Of a DNA stretch of 64,000 nucleotides, positions 1 to 12,500 are shown one piece after another. Source of the DNA: Raja brachyura (taxonomy: Eukaryota). The first letter of the stretch is position 1. Each line of letters begins with the position of its first letter. The stretch spans positions 14,198,001-14,262,000 of the forward strand of contig OY740810.1 in the NCBI GenBank assembly GCA_963514005.1. Direction: 5' to 3'. The notes below the pieces were generated by a model, which worked only from the letters and a program-made list of their open reading frames with translations, did not search any database and had not been told where the DNA came from. A program made the position numbers and the translations under genes.

Positions 1-1567
1 TGATTCCATCAAATGTTTTCCCAATTCCCTTTCCACAGTCCTGGTTGATTATGCTTTCACCTCCCCTATAGTTCCAGAGAATAACTACTCTCTACCTAAA
101 ATACCCTCACATCTCCCATGTAGCTATCAGCCATTTAAAAAAAAATTGCAACCCCTGTTCCTTGAACCTTGTGCGTACGGTAATAACTACTTACTTACTT
201 GTTGTAACCAGTCCTGATCTTACAAAGATTATCCTCAGATTTCTCTGCTGCATGAAGAATAATCCATGCTTCTCAAGTCTAACCTTGCAGCTGATGTATC
301 TCATTCTCACAAGCATGTTTTCTATAACTTCATGCTCACGAAGCGCTAAAAGTTGATACACTGCAAGGATTTGGAAAGGCAAAGATTCACTGAACTTCTC
401 CCAAAGGATTTGAGTACAGGAATTGAGACATCATGCTCTTATTGCCAGGAGCCCCAGTGAGACCACAGCTGGAATGTTATGTATCGATCTGGTCTCTGTA
501 TTGATTGAAGAATATACTTGAGATTTAAAGTCCAGTGAAGATTCATCAGATTTATTGGTGTCTGGGGATATTTCTCATCTGATTACAGATTCAAACAGGG
601 TCTATACTTGGAGATTACAAGGATAATGTGCCTCTACATTGAAATAGACATTTTTCTGGGGTTTGCTTGTAATGGTTGTTGTCTCTAAAACCACTGTCTC
701 AAAATATGCAGGGTTGAGAACCCACGGTTTGCTCTGTCTTTGGAATTCTCTCCTCCATTCAACTGCGAAGGCTGAGTCACTGATTATAGTCAAGGGAGGA
801 AAATCAATCGATTTTTAGAAGCGAAGTCAATCAACAGATGTGTAGTTGGTGCAGGAAAGGGTACCGAGGTACAGAAATCAGCCACAATCTTACTGAAGCA
901 TGCAGCAGGCATGAGGAACCAATCTAGCCTATTCTCCTCACAATCTTCAACTGTATAAGATGAAGCCTCAGCAATTGTCTCCCTTGCCCCTCCCAAGCGA
1001 TTCCCTAGATTCCCTCTCTAGCTGCACTGATATTTTTTGCAGCCCCCAAGCTCCAAGGCAGTGATGTGGGTGCATGGGATGTGAGCAGTGACCACCTATC
1101 TGGACATCACATCCTGAGGTTCCTGCTCCAGCACATTTGACATTTAATGGCCTGCTTCACACTTTGTATATGTTTGCATTTGATCTGGGTGAAAAATGTG
1201 GTGCAAAACCACTCTAAAGACCAAGCAAACATTCTCCTGATGACTCCTGTTCATTTACCATTGAAATAGAGTAGCATAGTGCATGGATCAGAGATTTGTC
1301 TGTATGTGTGCTGATAAAATCTTGAACGGCAATTTCCCCAGCTGTATTTCATGAATTTCCAGTGAATCTTCAGAAGCCAGGTGGCACAGTGAGAATAGTT
1401 GAGAGTTCTTAAACTCTTGAGAGTTCTTGAAAGTTCTTGAGATAATAGCTGGTAATTAAAACCGACAATAATGACTTATTTGACTAGCAAATTAGCTGGA
1501 CCGCGATCAGAAAAGTCAGTGATATCCTGATTACTGTACAGCTTCACCCATGATTCACAATCAGTCT

Positions 1568-1576
1568 TATATAAAG
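1568..1576 (+). promoter_or_regulatory. Possible TATA box (TATATAAAG) upstream of the mucin gene
   Basis: Motif match in non-repetitive-looking sequence; no transcription-start evidence. Confidence 0.2.
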
Positions 1577-1996
1577 CCTGTAGGTGCATTCCAAACATTT
1601 GATTCAAGCCTTTACCATCACTGTGCCTTGCATCAAGCATAGGTGAAACTAGATTTTTTTTCTTATGACTATCCTAGCCATTTCATAGATCATTTAATTT
1701 CCAATGAGTCCAGGGAAAATTTCTCCCAATAGAATGTGCCTGCATAACAGTTCCATCTGGCCTCTCGTCCATGCTGCTATCGGACAAATCTGACAGGGGC
1801 TTAGCTTGCAGCAAATTTATGGGCTGCTTTGTCGGCTCTGTGTTAGGTCGGGATCTGCAACAGCTCCCGAAATGGTTTCGCCTCTTGCACCGATGACAAA
1901 CTTGATGGATGTTATCCCACTTCTGACACCATGTGCAAAGTACTATTGATACAGAGTCATTATATATCATAACAAGTACTTTAATTAGAATACATA

Positions 1997-2906
1997 CAGA
2001 GACCATCAAAATGAGTACTGTAGGCTCGAAAGTACTTCTGTTGGAGTGAAGCTGGAATCACTGCCTTGTGGCCCTTTTTTGATAGCCCCACCTTCAATGG
2101 TCAGTTTGTCCCAGACAGAAAAGTAAGGCCGAATCGCAAGCGGTCGCAAATGCTGCTTGCCAGGCTATCCGTGATTTATGATTGAGGCGAGCATCTGCAG
2201 GGTGGTATCTTTTGTCGTATGAACCACCAACGTATCCAGATGATGTGTTATGGACAGAGGGTGGAAATGACTATCTGTATGAGGGACATGTGACAGCAGA
2301 CGGCAAGCAGTTCTGAGATCAGTTCTTTGTTTCTGCTCCTGCAAAAGGACTGCCAATGGGGCTGATGCTGATGATGAAGACTCCTGTAAGGACTGTTGAC
2401 AAATCCCCTGCAAAACCTGTGTTGGTTGAGTCATTGGCTGCTAAGAAACTCCCGATGCCTGTTGGCGACATCTCCTGTGAGGAATACAGCTGAAGGCCTG
2501 TACCGTACGTGTGCAGGACGGGTCAGCAAGCCTGTGGCTAGATACGGGGATTATGTCTAGCACCAGATCTTGGACTCTTATTAACTATAACTGACATTTC
2601 TTATATTACTTACAATATATCCTCCAATGCTTTACTGTAGATGATAGTTAATTATATAGCCTTACATACATATTACTTATGTATGCTTTATGTTTTCTCT
2701 GAATAAAAAAGAAGCCTAAGAGGGGGGGATGTAGATCAAACAGAATTGCTGATTTGATCCATGTCTGGTTTTGCTGCTGATGATCTGATCCATAATCCAT
2801 GAAGGGTTTCCACACACTGCCATCTCCTAGTGGCATGCAGGCAGCCATGTTTGTTAGGCAGTTCAACTTACTATTTCGAGCCTACAGTACTCATGGATGG
2901 TCTCTG
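1997..2906. mobile_element. Non-autonomous DNA transposon with ~35-bp terminal inverted repeats and TA flanks, carrying probable internal insertion(s)
   Basis: TA|CAGAGACCATCAAAATGAGTACTGTAGGCTCGAAA (1997-2031) is the near-perfect reverse complement of TTTCGAGCCTACAGTACTCATGGATGGTCTCTG|TA (2874-2906). Confidence 0.65.
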
Positions 2907-3764
2907 TATGCAGCTGGCCATAAAGTCCCGTTGGCTTGGTGGTGTTGAAGGGTTGGCCTGGCCAAGCAAAGCTGTAGGCATCCTCCACTGCTGCTCCATC
3001 GCTCTGTGCCACTGCAGGCCACATCCGGTCCACGTCCTCAGTCTCCTGGAGTGGCGCCCAATGCAGTCACGTCCCTGGCTGCTGCAGGGTCTCCAGCCGT
3101 TGTCTCCAGCGACTTGTCATCCTAGTCCTTGCCCAGCTACCTTTTCAGCTCTGGGCACCTCACACAACCGACCATTAGGGTGCGGAAGGAAAGACAAAGG
3201 TTTCCCTTACCGGCCCTTCGTTCTTTGCATCCGCCGCCGATTACTCCCTCCAACCTCATCTCATCCCTTGTCTCGCACGGATGAGCAGGAGCCAGACTCA
3301 GCTATTTCCCTCTTCAAGGCGAGCTGCCCGGTTTTGTGGCGGGCCACCCAGGCCTGCGACAGGGGGATAGCCATGATACTATGGCCTGCCGTGCGGCTCC
3401 ACGGTCAGATCATGATATCCCAGTTTCTGCTTTAATCTTTATTTGGTGCTAGGTAGCATGCTTAAATTATTCACCCAACATTCTTCATGATCTTGGTTTG
3501 TTGTTGGTCATTTTTCAATGCAATTGGCTGATCAGCTTGTTTGATGGTATTGATGTAGCAATGCGTCAGAGGTCTATGACAAAGGCATTCTATATAAAAT
3601 ATTCTAATAGCTGCTCACGCTTTATTACACCAATGCTTTGGTGCTGGATTTTATATGGGTATAGATTCATTCCTGCGCGTACATCCCTGTGGGCTGTTTC
3701 GGCAACTAATCTTATTTCAGAATGAAAATATTACCTTGTTAATTAAAGTTTTTTACAAGTAACA

Positions 3765-3880
3765 TGGGTAGAAAAGGTTTAGAGGAATACGGACCAAATG
3801 CAGGTGAATGGAAGGAACTAACTTACATGGGGATTGTTGGTTGGTTTGGATGAGTTGGACCAAAGGGCCTGTTTCTCTGG
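3765..3880 (+). mobile_element. CR1-type LINE 3' end fragment
   Basis: aaaggtttagaggaatacggaccaaatgcagg...ggatgagttggaccaaagggcctgtttc resembles the chondrichthyan CR1 3' terminus. Confidence 0.6.
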
Positions 3881-4059
3881 CCCATTTTCCGGAAACAATT
3901 ACAAAGTTTGCTAACAGCAGCATCACAGGCACATAGACGCGGACAAATACACCAAAAATATACATTATACAAGACAGTGCACAAATATTTTTTTTTTCAA
4001 ATAAACAAGACACTAGTGAAAAAATACTATTAGAAACAAGTCCATGGTAGTGCAAGAGA

Positions 4060-4535
4060 TAGGCTAGAGTGCTCCTTTGATAAGGTGGAATTAGTGTTGT
4101 GCAGGTCGGTTCAAGAACTTGATCGCTGTTGGAAAGTAGCTGCTGTTGAACCTGGTGAAGTGCAACTTCAGGCTTTCGTACCTCCTGCCCGATGGTAGCT
4201 GTGGGAAGAGGGCCTGGCCCAGATGGTGTGGATCCGTGGTGATGTATGTGCCTTCTTGAGGCAGTGCTTCATGTAGGTATTTTTGATGGAGAAGTGGGAT
4301 GTGCCCGAGATGGACTGGCCTGAGTCCACCACTCTCTGTGGCATCTTGTATTTCTGTGCTCTGGAATTGCCATTCCAGCCCATGATGCAACCGGTTGGGA
4401 TACTTTCTGCAGTGCATCTGTCGAAATTTGTTGGAGTATTCGGTGAAGTTGAATATCTTCTAAAAAAGTAGAGGAACAGGCATGTCTTTGTCATGATTGC
4501 ATCTATGTTCTTGGCCCAGGATAGGTCATCTGATC
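4060..4535 (-). mobile_element. Rex1/Babar- or L2-like LINE, reverse transcriptase C-terminal fragment (frameshifted)
   Basis: Minus-strand translations FDRCTAESIPTGCIMGWNGN..QRVV and DPHH..ALFPQLPSGRRYESL..TRFNSSYFPTAIKFLN fit the DUF1891-type RT tail. Confidence 0.75.
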
Positions 4536-4572
4536 ATTTTGTATAAGAGCATTGCCTTTTCGCGATCTATAG

Positions 4573-4620
4573 ACACATCATTAATCAAGTGCTGTATCAT
4601 GCCTGAAGCTATTGCTGAAG
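4573..4620 (+). CDS. Candidate upstream 48-nt exon (TSLIKCCIMPEAIAE, phase 1-1)
   Basis: ctatag|AC...GAAG|gtaaaa, open and phase-compatible with the PTS exon; no homology support. Confidence 0.3.
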
Positions 4621-4939
4621 GTAAAATTGCATAACCGCAATATTATTTAAAGCCTTGCTTTTGATGTCTATGGACATACCTTGCTGCCTTTGATGCTTTT
4701 GAAATCAAACACTTGCATTGTCTATGGTGTGGCAGAAGTAGAAATGGGAGGACAATACTATTCGATCCAAGAGCGAGATTTTCAACTTTGCTCTGGATCA
4801 GTGTAAACTACAAAGTGAGCAACAACTTCATAAGAGATCCCCTTTCCACTCAATGATATGTTACATCTTGATATGTTTTAAGCTTTGCTGGAAGCTTAAA
4901 ATACGCAAAGAGTGCATGCAGCTATCAACCTTGTACCTT

Positions 4940-5075
4940 ATGTCTAAAGAAGGATTCCAAACCAAAACGCCACCTACTCCTTTTCTCCAGAGATGCTGCC
5001 TGACCCACTGAGTTACCCCAGCATTTTGGGACTATCTTTGATGCAAACCAGGATCTGTAGTTCCTTCCTGCAGAT
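4940..5075 (+). mobile_element. Short Penelope-derived SINE-like element
   Basis: ccttttctccagagatgctgcctgacccactgagttaccccagcattttg...ctgtagttcct; same family as the intronic copies in the array. Confidence 0.65.
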
Positions 5076-5295
5076 ATTAACTTTGGTTGTTCCGAGTTTG
5101 GTTGAGAATTATTGAACCAGTGTACTGCCACAAGGCAAGGTTTGAGCTATTAAAGAAAGGACAACATGGGTCGGGAACACATGCAAAGACCGAAAGAGAC
5201 TATACTAATTCAAAGCATACTAAAACATATATTTCCAGGAAAAAAGTTTTATGTTCTTGCTCCGTGTAAAATAAACATCAATTTTGTTCCAACAG

Positions 5296-6522
5296 CTTCC
5301 AGTTCATCAACAAATAATGAAACATCAGCTGTGAGCACTTCAACAAAGGATATGGGATTCCACCCCAAAATAATATGGATGCAAACATTATCTACCACAG
5401 TTACAAAACCAAAGGCACAAGAGAGTCAAAAGGAAAAGTACCATGGAGCAGCACCGGCTTGTAACAGACCAGTGAATCCGCAGAAAATGCCTACGATATC
5501 TCCAACAACCACTCCAGTTAAAATAACAATTGTGGTAGAAAATGTGCATGGGACAGGAAAGGATTCCTCAATTAACAAAACAATCACTCAAACTCAAACA
5601 CCTACACCTTCCATGGCACCTGTACCCATTATAATACTTATACCTACAAAAACAACTACACCCTCCACAAAATCTACATCCTCCACACCACATATACCCT
5701 ACATTATAACTATACCCTACAAAATACCTACACACTCCACGACAACATCCACACCATCTACAACTACAGTCTCCACAACTGCAGCCTCCACACCACATAT
5801 ACCCTACATAATAACTATACCCTACAAAATACCTACACCCTCCACAACTACATCCACACCTTCTACAACTACAGTCTCCACACCACATATACCCTCCATA
5901 ATAACTATACCCTCCAAAAAGTCTACACCCTCCAAAACTTTTGTTGAAACAACATCTCCAACAACAGTTGGGCAAGAACATATACACGAAGCTCCTTCAT
6001 GTAACATCCCAGTACATCCAATGCAATCTCCCCCAGAATCCACAACAGCAACCACAGCTGAAACTACATCTACAACTTCTCCAAAGGTAATTGTGATAGA
6101 AAATGTACAAAACCAAATAGGTCCAACGTCTGCATCTCCTGAAACACCTACACCTTCCACAACAATTGTAGATAAAACACTGTTCACAGCACCCACACCC
6201 AACCCAAGTGCAACTACAACTGCAGCCAAAACAACATCTCCACATACCCCAAAAATAATTGTGATAGAAAATGTAGAATATCAATCGGAAAGTCCCTCAA
6301 ATAACAGAGCAATCACTCAAGCATCCACATCTACACCCACCCCAACTACAACCGCAGCTAAAGTAATATCTGCACTGGACCCAATAATAATCGTGATAGA
6401 AATCATACAAAATGAAGAAACTGTTCCCGTATGTAACATACGTCAACAACAAATGTCCACAACTATCCCGACAACTACTACAGCTGAACCAACATATACA
6501 ATTTCCACAACAGTTGTTACTG
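5296..6522 (+). CDS. Large Pro/Thr/Ser-rich mucin exon (409 codons, phase 1-1)
   Basis: Acceptor ttgttccaacag|CT at 5295/5296 and donor ACTG|gtaaga at 6522/6523. Lies within ORF 5166-6605 and is very T/S/P-rich. Confidence 0.88.
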
Positions 6523-9500
6523 GTAAGATATACAGTGTTCTGTGGCAGATATATGCCTTGTCTGTGGTGGATTTAGATTTAAGGTCTTCAATTTCTCCAT
6601 ATTAACGCATATTATTCAGCAATGTAATCACTGAAGTAATATAGTACAAACATCAAAAATAAAATAAAAACAGGAAATGCTGAAAGCACGCAGCAGGACA
6701 GGCAGTGCCATGGAAAGAGATAAAGTTAACAAAATACTTTGGCGACTATTCAGCAAAGTTGGGAAAGTGAGAAAATTAGTCAATTGAATGTTAGAGAGAG
6801 GGAGACAAGATGAAAGGGAACTATTTTATTTGGGTGAGTGCAGTATTGCTTAGAGAGGCTTCTGTATTAATGGCNNNNNNNNNNNNNNNNNNNNNNNNNN
6901 NNNNNNNNNNNNNNNNNNNNNNNNNNNNNNNNNNNNNNNNNNNNNNNNNNNNNNNNNNNNNNNNNNNNNNNNNNNNNNNNNNNNNNNNNNNNNNNNNNNN
7001 NNNNNNNNNNNNNNNNNNNNNGAGCGAGGAAAGGGAGAGAGGAAAGGGAGAGAAGGAGAAAAACAAGAGAGAGAACCAAGAAAAGTGGCATATGCAAGGT
7101 GCAATGTATATGTCACTGAAATCTAAAACCAAAAACAGGACTCTGGAAAGGCTTGTTAGGTGAAGTAATGTTGATGGAGAGCAGCACTTAGTTAATATAG
7201 ATGGATAACCTTATATTTCTAATCTAAACAAAAACTGCAAAAGATAACTTTTTCCCTTCCTATCAAACATTCAAGATCCCAAGCTGCAATGGGTCTTGAA
7301 TTCCAGGTCTCCCTCTCCCTTTGCTTTCCTTTGACCACCATCTCCGCAAAGCCACACCCCCTGTGGCATTCTTGTTACCTCTCTAAACCCAGATTATCCA
7401 TCCTCAGTGGAGGCTTCAGGTTCATACAATGGATTCTAACCTTAATTAATTCTGAGCCCGCATGGTATAGCTTTTCCTTGGTTGCTCTATCACATCTACA
7501 TCTCTTTGACCCACTTGGATTCCTCCTTCTGGATTCTGACCATCTCCAGATCTAATCATTGCTAACTACCAATGTGACATTTCCAGTCCCGTTGTTTACT
7601 CTAACCTATTCCCATTGGAACTTGTAGCAGTCCATTCAGTAAGAACATTTCCTCGTCCAGTTCTTTCCATTTAGATTTGTGACAACTATGTTTTCTGCAA
7701 TATTAACAGTTCCCATTTTTTTTTGCCTAGATTGGTCAGGGTGACTAAAGCTGAATAAATCACTGCAAATGTGGCTTCACCAACATTTTATACAACTGTA
7801 ATATAATATCCCAACTTCTATACTCAATACCCTGACTGTTGAAGACCTTCTTTACCACCCTACCTGCCATGTCAAAGTCAATTACAATAGGTAGAGCAAA
7901 AGGGAAGATACAGAGTGCAGAATATAGTTCTCTGCATTATAGACAATAGACACTAGGTGCAGGAGTAGGCCATTCAGCCCTTCGAGCCAGCACCACCATT
8001 CAATGTGATCATGGCTGATCATCCCCAATCAGTACCCCGTTCCTGCCTTTACCCCATATCCCCAGACTCCGCTATCTTTAAGAGCCCTATCCAGCTCTCT
8101 TTTGAAAGCATCCAGAGAACTTGTAGCGCAATTGTTCCAATGTCCAATGTCTGCAATTGGGTAGAGGTGAATTAAACACCAGCTTATGGAAGGAACATTC
8201 AGAAGCCTGATAACAGAGGGAAAGAAGCTGTTCCTGAATCTGGTGCTGCGTGATTTCAGGCTGCTGGACTATTAAACTATGTGTGATACAATCCACAAAG
8301 TCCTGAAAGGTTGAAAACATCACATCCACAGGCACAACCTTGTCTATTCTACAGACTCCATAGATTTGCAGTGTAGATGCTGGACTCGGGTCCCTTCTGT
8401 CAACTCGTTTTGATTTGTATCGGTTCTGCATCCTGCTCTTGTACCGAGCTCAAAAAATGTCACTACATTCCCTACAATTGTCTATCCTGCTCTCACTTTT
8501 GCATGCTTCATCTGACTTCTCCATGCTCTTCATAAAATGATATTTCTATATCTCTGGGGAAAGGTCAGCAACCAATGTTCATTGCAAATGCAAAGTTTTC
8601 CACAGCTATCTGGACAATACTGCTTTCAATCTTTTTACTGCAAGGACTCCATCCTTTTTTCCTTGTTCCTCCATCTCTGGTGCATGCTCAGATAATGTCA
8701 CTCTCCAGCAGCTGCCTCATAGATGTAGAACACAAGTTGCTGGTGTAACTCAGTGGGTAGGGCAGCAACTCTGGCGGACAGGTGCTGTTTCAGGTTGGGA
8801 TCTTTCTACAAAGTCTGACAAACATCACCTATCCATGTCCTCTAAAGCTGCGGCCAGATGCGCTGAATTCTCTAGCAAGTTGTGCTTTATTCAAGATTCT
8901 AGCATTTGCAACTCTTTGTGCCTGCCTCAGAGATGTCTCAGAGTTATAGAGGTTAATACCAGGGAACCAAGATGCCCCATATCTTATTTTTTTCTTAACC
9001 ATAACTTCCTCACTACCGTAATTGACAGAACGTTCGACCTAGATCCTATACTTCAGCTCTCATCTTCTCCTCCCAGCCAGAGCAAGGGCAAGGTTTCCCC
9101 AGCTATTACCTTCTGCTGACTAGTGTTAACAAGATTTCACCATCAGTTACATCTTCTCCTCACCGCCTCCCCTTTTAACATTCCAAGGAAATGTTCCCTC
9201 GGTCACTCCCTGCTCTGCGCTCCCATCCCCTCCAACTATCCCTTCTCCCACCACTTTCCCATGCAACTGCAGGAGCTGTAAGACTGGTCATGATGCTCAC
9301 CCAAACAGTCTTTATCCAGTGAAGCAGCCATTGGATGTGATGTGCGCTCACTTTTCTGCCTGTACCAGTAATAGCCAATTTTTCCCAACCATAGCAGCAC
9401 CACTCTGGTCAATGGGTTTAATGACAATATCCCAGTTGATACTTTGTGAGCTGAAGCTGCAAGTTCAAAAAGGGGCTGGCTGGAGTGAGTAAGGGGAGTG

Positions 9501-12500
9501 GGAAAACTGAGAAGGTCCGAATAAGGGTCTGGACACAAAACGTCACCCATTCCTTTTTCCAAAGATGCTGAGTTACTCCAGTATGTCCGTCTGAGATGGT
9601 CAATGTTGTGTCACCAATCAGAGTTGAATAGATGTTTTTTTTATGACTTAGATCAAATGCCTTTTGAATACCTGCACTTGAAAAACTATCTTACTAGTGG
9701 ACCTTGACAAATGATTCCCATGTTACACCACTGCTTTCAGTTAGAGAGAAACAGACATTAAAATAACCTGAGAAGCAAATTGCTGATTTATTGGGCAAAG
9801 GATTTTATGACTAGGTCAGCTGTCAAAGAGTGAGATAACAAAAAAAGGATCAAAAGACACATAACAGGTGTACTTTATAAGATCCAATACATTTTAATTC
9901 CAATTGCCTTGGAACATATCCTTGAATTAGTTTGGGGCATTTTATGATTGTACACATTTTTGATGAATTCACAGCTTTTAGTAACATTTTCCAATTGTTT
10001 CTTCAAAATTTTCTTTGCAGAGCCACCAATTGTTCCTGAACAAAATAAGCCAAACAATCAAGAGAATTCAGGTAACTCAGCTACATGCTCTGCATACATC
10101 AAGTATATGGAGATCTCCAAATACTAATTCATAATTCGCAAAGAAACACAAAATATAACCAAAACTAGGCTGTACTCCGCCCACTATCACTACAATGAGT
10201 CAGGTGGTGGATGATCAGGATTGGATCTCCCAGTATGATATTTTATAGCTTTCATTATAATTGAAGGGAAATTGTGGATGAAGAAGGAAAAGTAGAGGCT
10301 TTGATTCCAAAGGGGAGACATAAGAGATTACAGATGCTGGAAACTGGAACAAACAACAAAATGCTGGAGGAACTCAGTAAGTCCGGCAACACCTGTGGAA
10401 GGAAATGGATAGACAACATTTCAGATCTGAACTTGAATGTCAACTGTGCATTCCCCTTCACAGATACTCCTGGAATGCTAGGTTCCAACAGCAGTTTGTT
10501 TTCCCCTTACGATTGTAAAATAAATAATCAAAATAGCAAAAAGCAATGCACAACCTCAGCATGACCGAGACCACTTCACAACAAACCGAGCTCTCATGAC
10601 ATGTAATCTCTGATTTCAAATGTTGAACAAATCAGCTCAAAAATTGGGCTTCTGTCAAGTAATATATCTGAGGGGCAATCTGGTAACAAAACTATGATAC
10701 AACCTACCTCTAATTTTCTTTGTTTTTCCTGATTTCACTGTGCAGCCGAATGGTGAGTTTGTATCAAATGCATCAAACAATTGGCTTATTCTTTCTTCTC
10801 CATCTGTTGCTTAAACTGTGTCGAATTCCAGTACTGGGAAACAGTTTTTAAACTATTTGAAAATTGTGGTACTTTCATCATGCAAAATTGCTTACTGTAT
10901 TTCCACAGATTCATTTCCAATCGAGAAAATAAATGCCATTGATTACAATGTGACATTCATTGTGGAAAGTCTGTCTATTAAAGAAATACAAGCAATGCCC
11001 TTACAAACAGCAACCATGATTTCAGCTGAGGTGAGAGTATTTACAAATTAGTTTTCTGCTGATATATTCCTTATTTGTTCAATTTTTACTTCTCATTTTG
11101 ACCCAATTTTTCTTGCCCACAGCTCACAGATCTGTTTGAGAACTGCAGTTTCAATGCAACTTTCTTAAAATGTGTCGTAAAATCATTCAGGTAACTCACA
11201 ATAACTTTCAAATTAAATCATGAAAATCACATTCCTTTGTCTTCTAATTGTTAATGCACTGACTCCAAATGGCAAACGGGAGAAAGACTGGAGACACTTT
11301 TAAAAAGCCAGACAACTTTTAATAAAGTTTAGCGGGCATTTAACTTACCGGTCGGTTATCCTTGGTCCTGAAAACTCCAATGAGCCAATTAAAATGCCCG
11401 GTCAGCTTAGGAGATTGCCTACGGCTGCTCTCGATTGCCTATAACTATATAGCGATCCCACTCCACTGCACTACGAGTTCAAAAGAACTATGTCGACCAA
11501 TTTTTACTCGCGGAAAATTTTTCAACTTGCTGAAAAATTTTCCTCGACCAAACTGAGGCCGCGAGTATGCGGGAACTTCCCTCGAGCATGAACGAGAGTT
11601 CCAGTGACCTCATAGGACCTCCTAGGACCACGTGTCGACCATGCTGCGAGTTTGAGTCGAGGGCAAACTCTTCTAAACTGGCAGATTAGGTTGCCGCCAT
11701 GGGACCTTAAGGATCACATCAAGTGCAGCGACCACAGGAGATGAGGTTAGAGACTGGGGTGTGAAAGGTAGGGACAAGGGGAACTCTTTCGTTGATCAGT
11801 TTGGTTGAGGGGAATGCAAGAGCAGATCTATAAGAGACGTGGATGAGGGATCCATCTAAACCAGCCAGGGGTAATCCACGTTTACTCGAGAAAAAGGACA
11901 TCTCAGGTGCCCCAGAAAGGGAAAGCATCATGGGAGCAGATGCGGCGACGATGGGCAAACTAAGCATTGGATTTCTATGACCATTGCTTAGACTCTTATA
12001 ATCAGTCAAGCAACATTTCAGCTATGCTCTTGATAAAGGGTCTGTCCCACTTTCCCGAGTTATTCACAAATTCTCCCAAGTTTTCCCCTTGATTCAAGTT
12101 CTCAGAATGTTCGTAACGAGTCAGTAGGATACCGTAGCAGTCCGTGGATATATCGTAGAGGCTCGTTATGCCAGTCATAGGTACTCGAGGCTATTTCTTT
12201 ACTCGTGGACATTTTTGATCTGGCTGGAAAAAACGTCCCGACTTCCCTGTAGCCCCGAATACCTACGGCCTCGTTACGAACATTCTGCAAGTTTGAATCA
12301 AAGGGAAAACTCGGGAGAATTTGTGAATACCTCAGGTGATTTTGTGAATAACTCAGGAAAGTGGGACAGGCCCTTAACATTGCAAACAACTTTGCACTCA
12401 TTTATTTTTCACTTTGTACAAATATCTTATGCTTTTTTGCAGAGAGGTAACAGTTAACAGCACCAGAGTGACTGCTGATTGTTCATTCCAAAACGTGTCC

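Noticed and set aside
2830-3435. 201-aa ORF
   Set aside because: No recognisable domain; overlaps a transposon end and probable decayed retroelement sequence
3453-3660. Hydrophobic stretch LLLVIFQCNWLISLFD as the signal-peptide exon
   Set aside because: No in-frame ATG and weak splice support; the start of the gene cannot be assigned
5568-6284. Minus-strand Cys/Gly/Val-rich ORFs resembling keratin-associated proteins
   Set aside because: Antisense shadow of the ACA/CCA-rich PTS exon
5166-6605. 479-aa ORF as a standalone single-exon gene
   Set aside because: No signal peptide, and strong splice sites at 5296 and 6522 define an internal exon
6810-7163. ORFs spanning the N gap
   Set aside because: Artefacts of translating N
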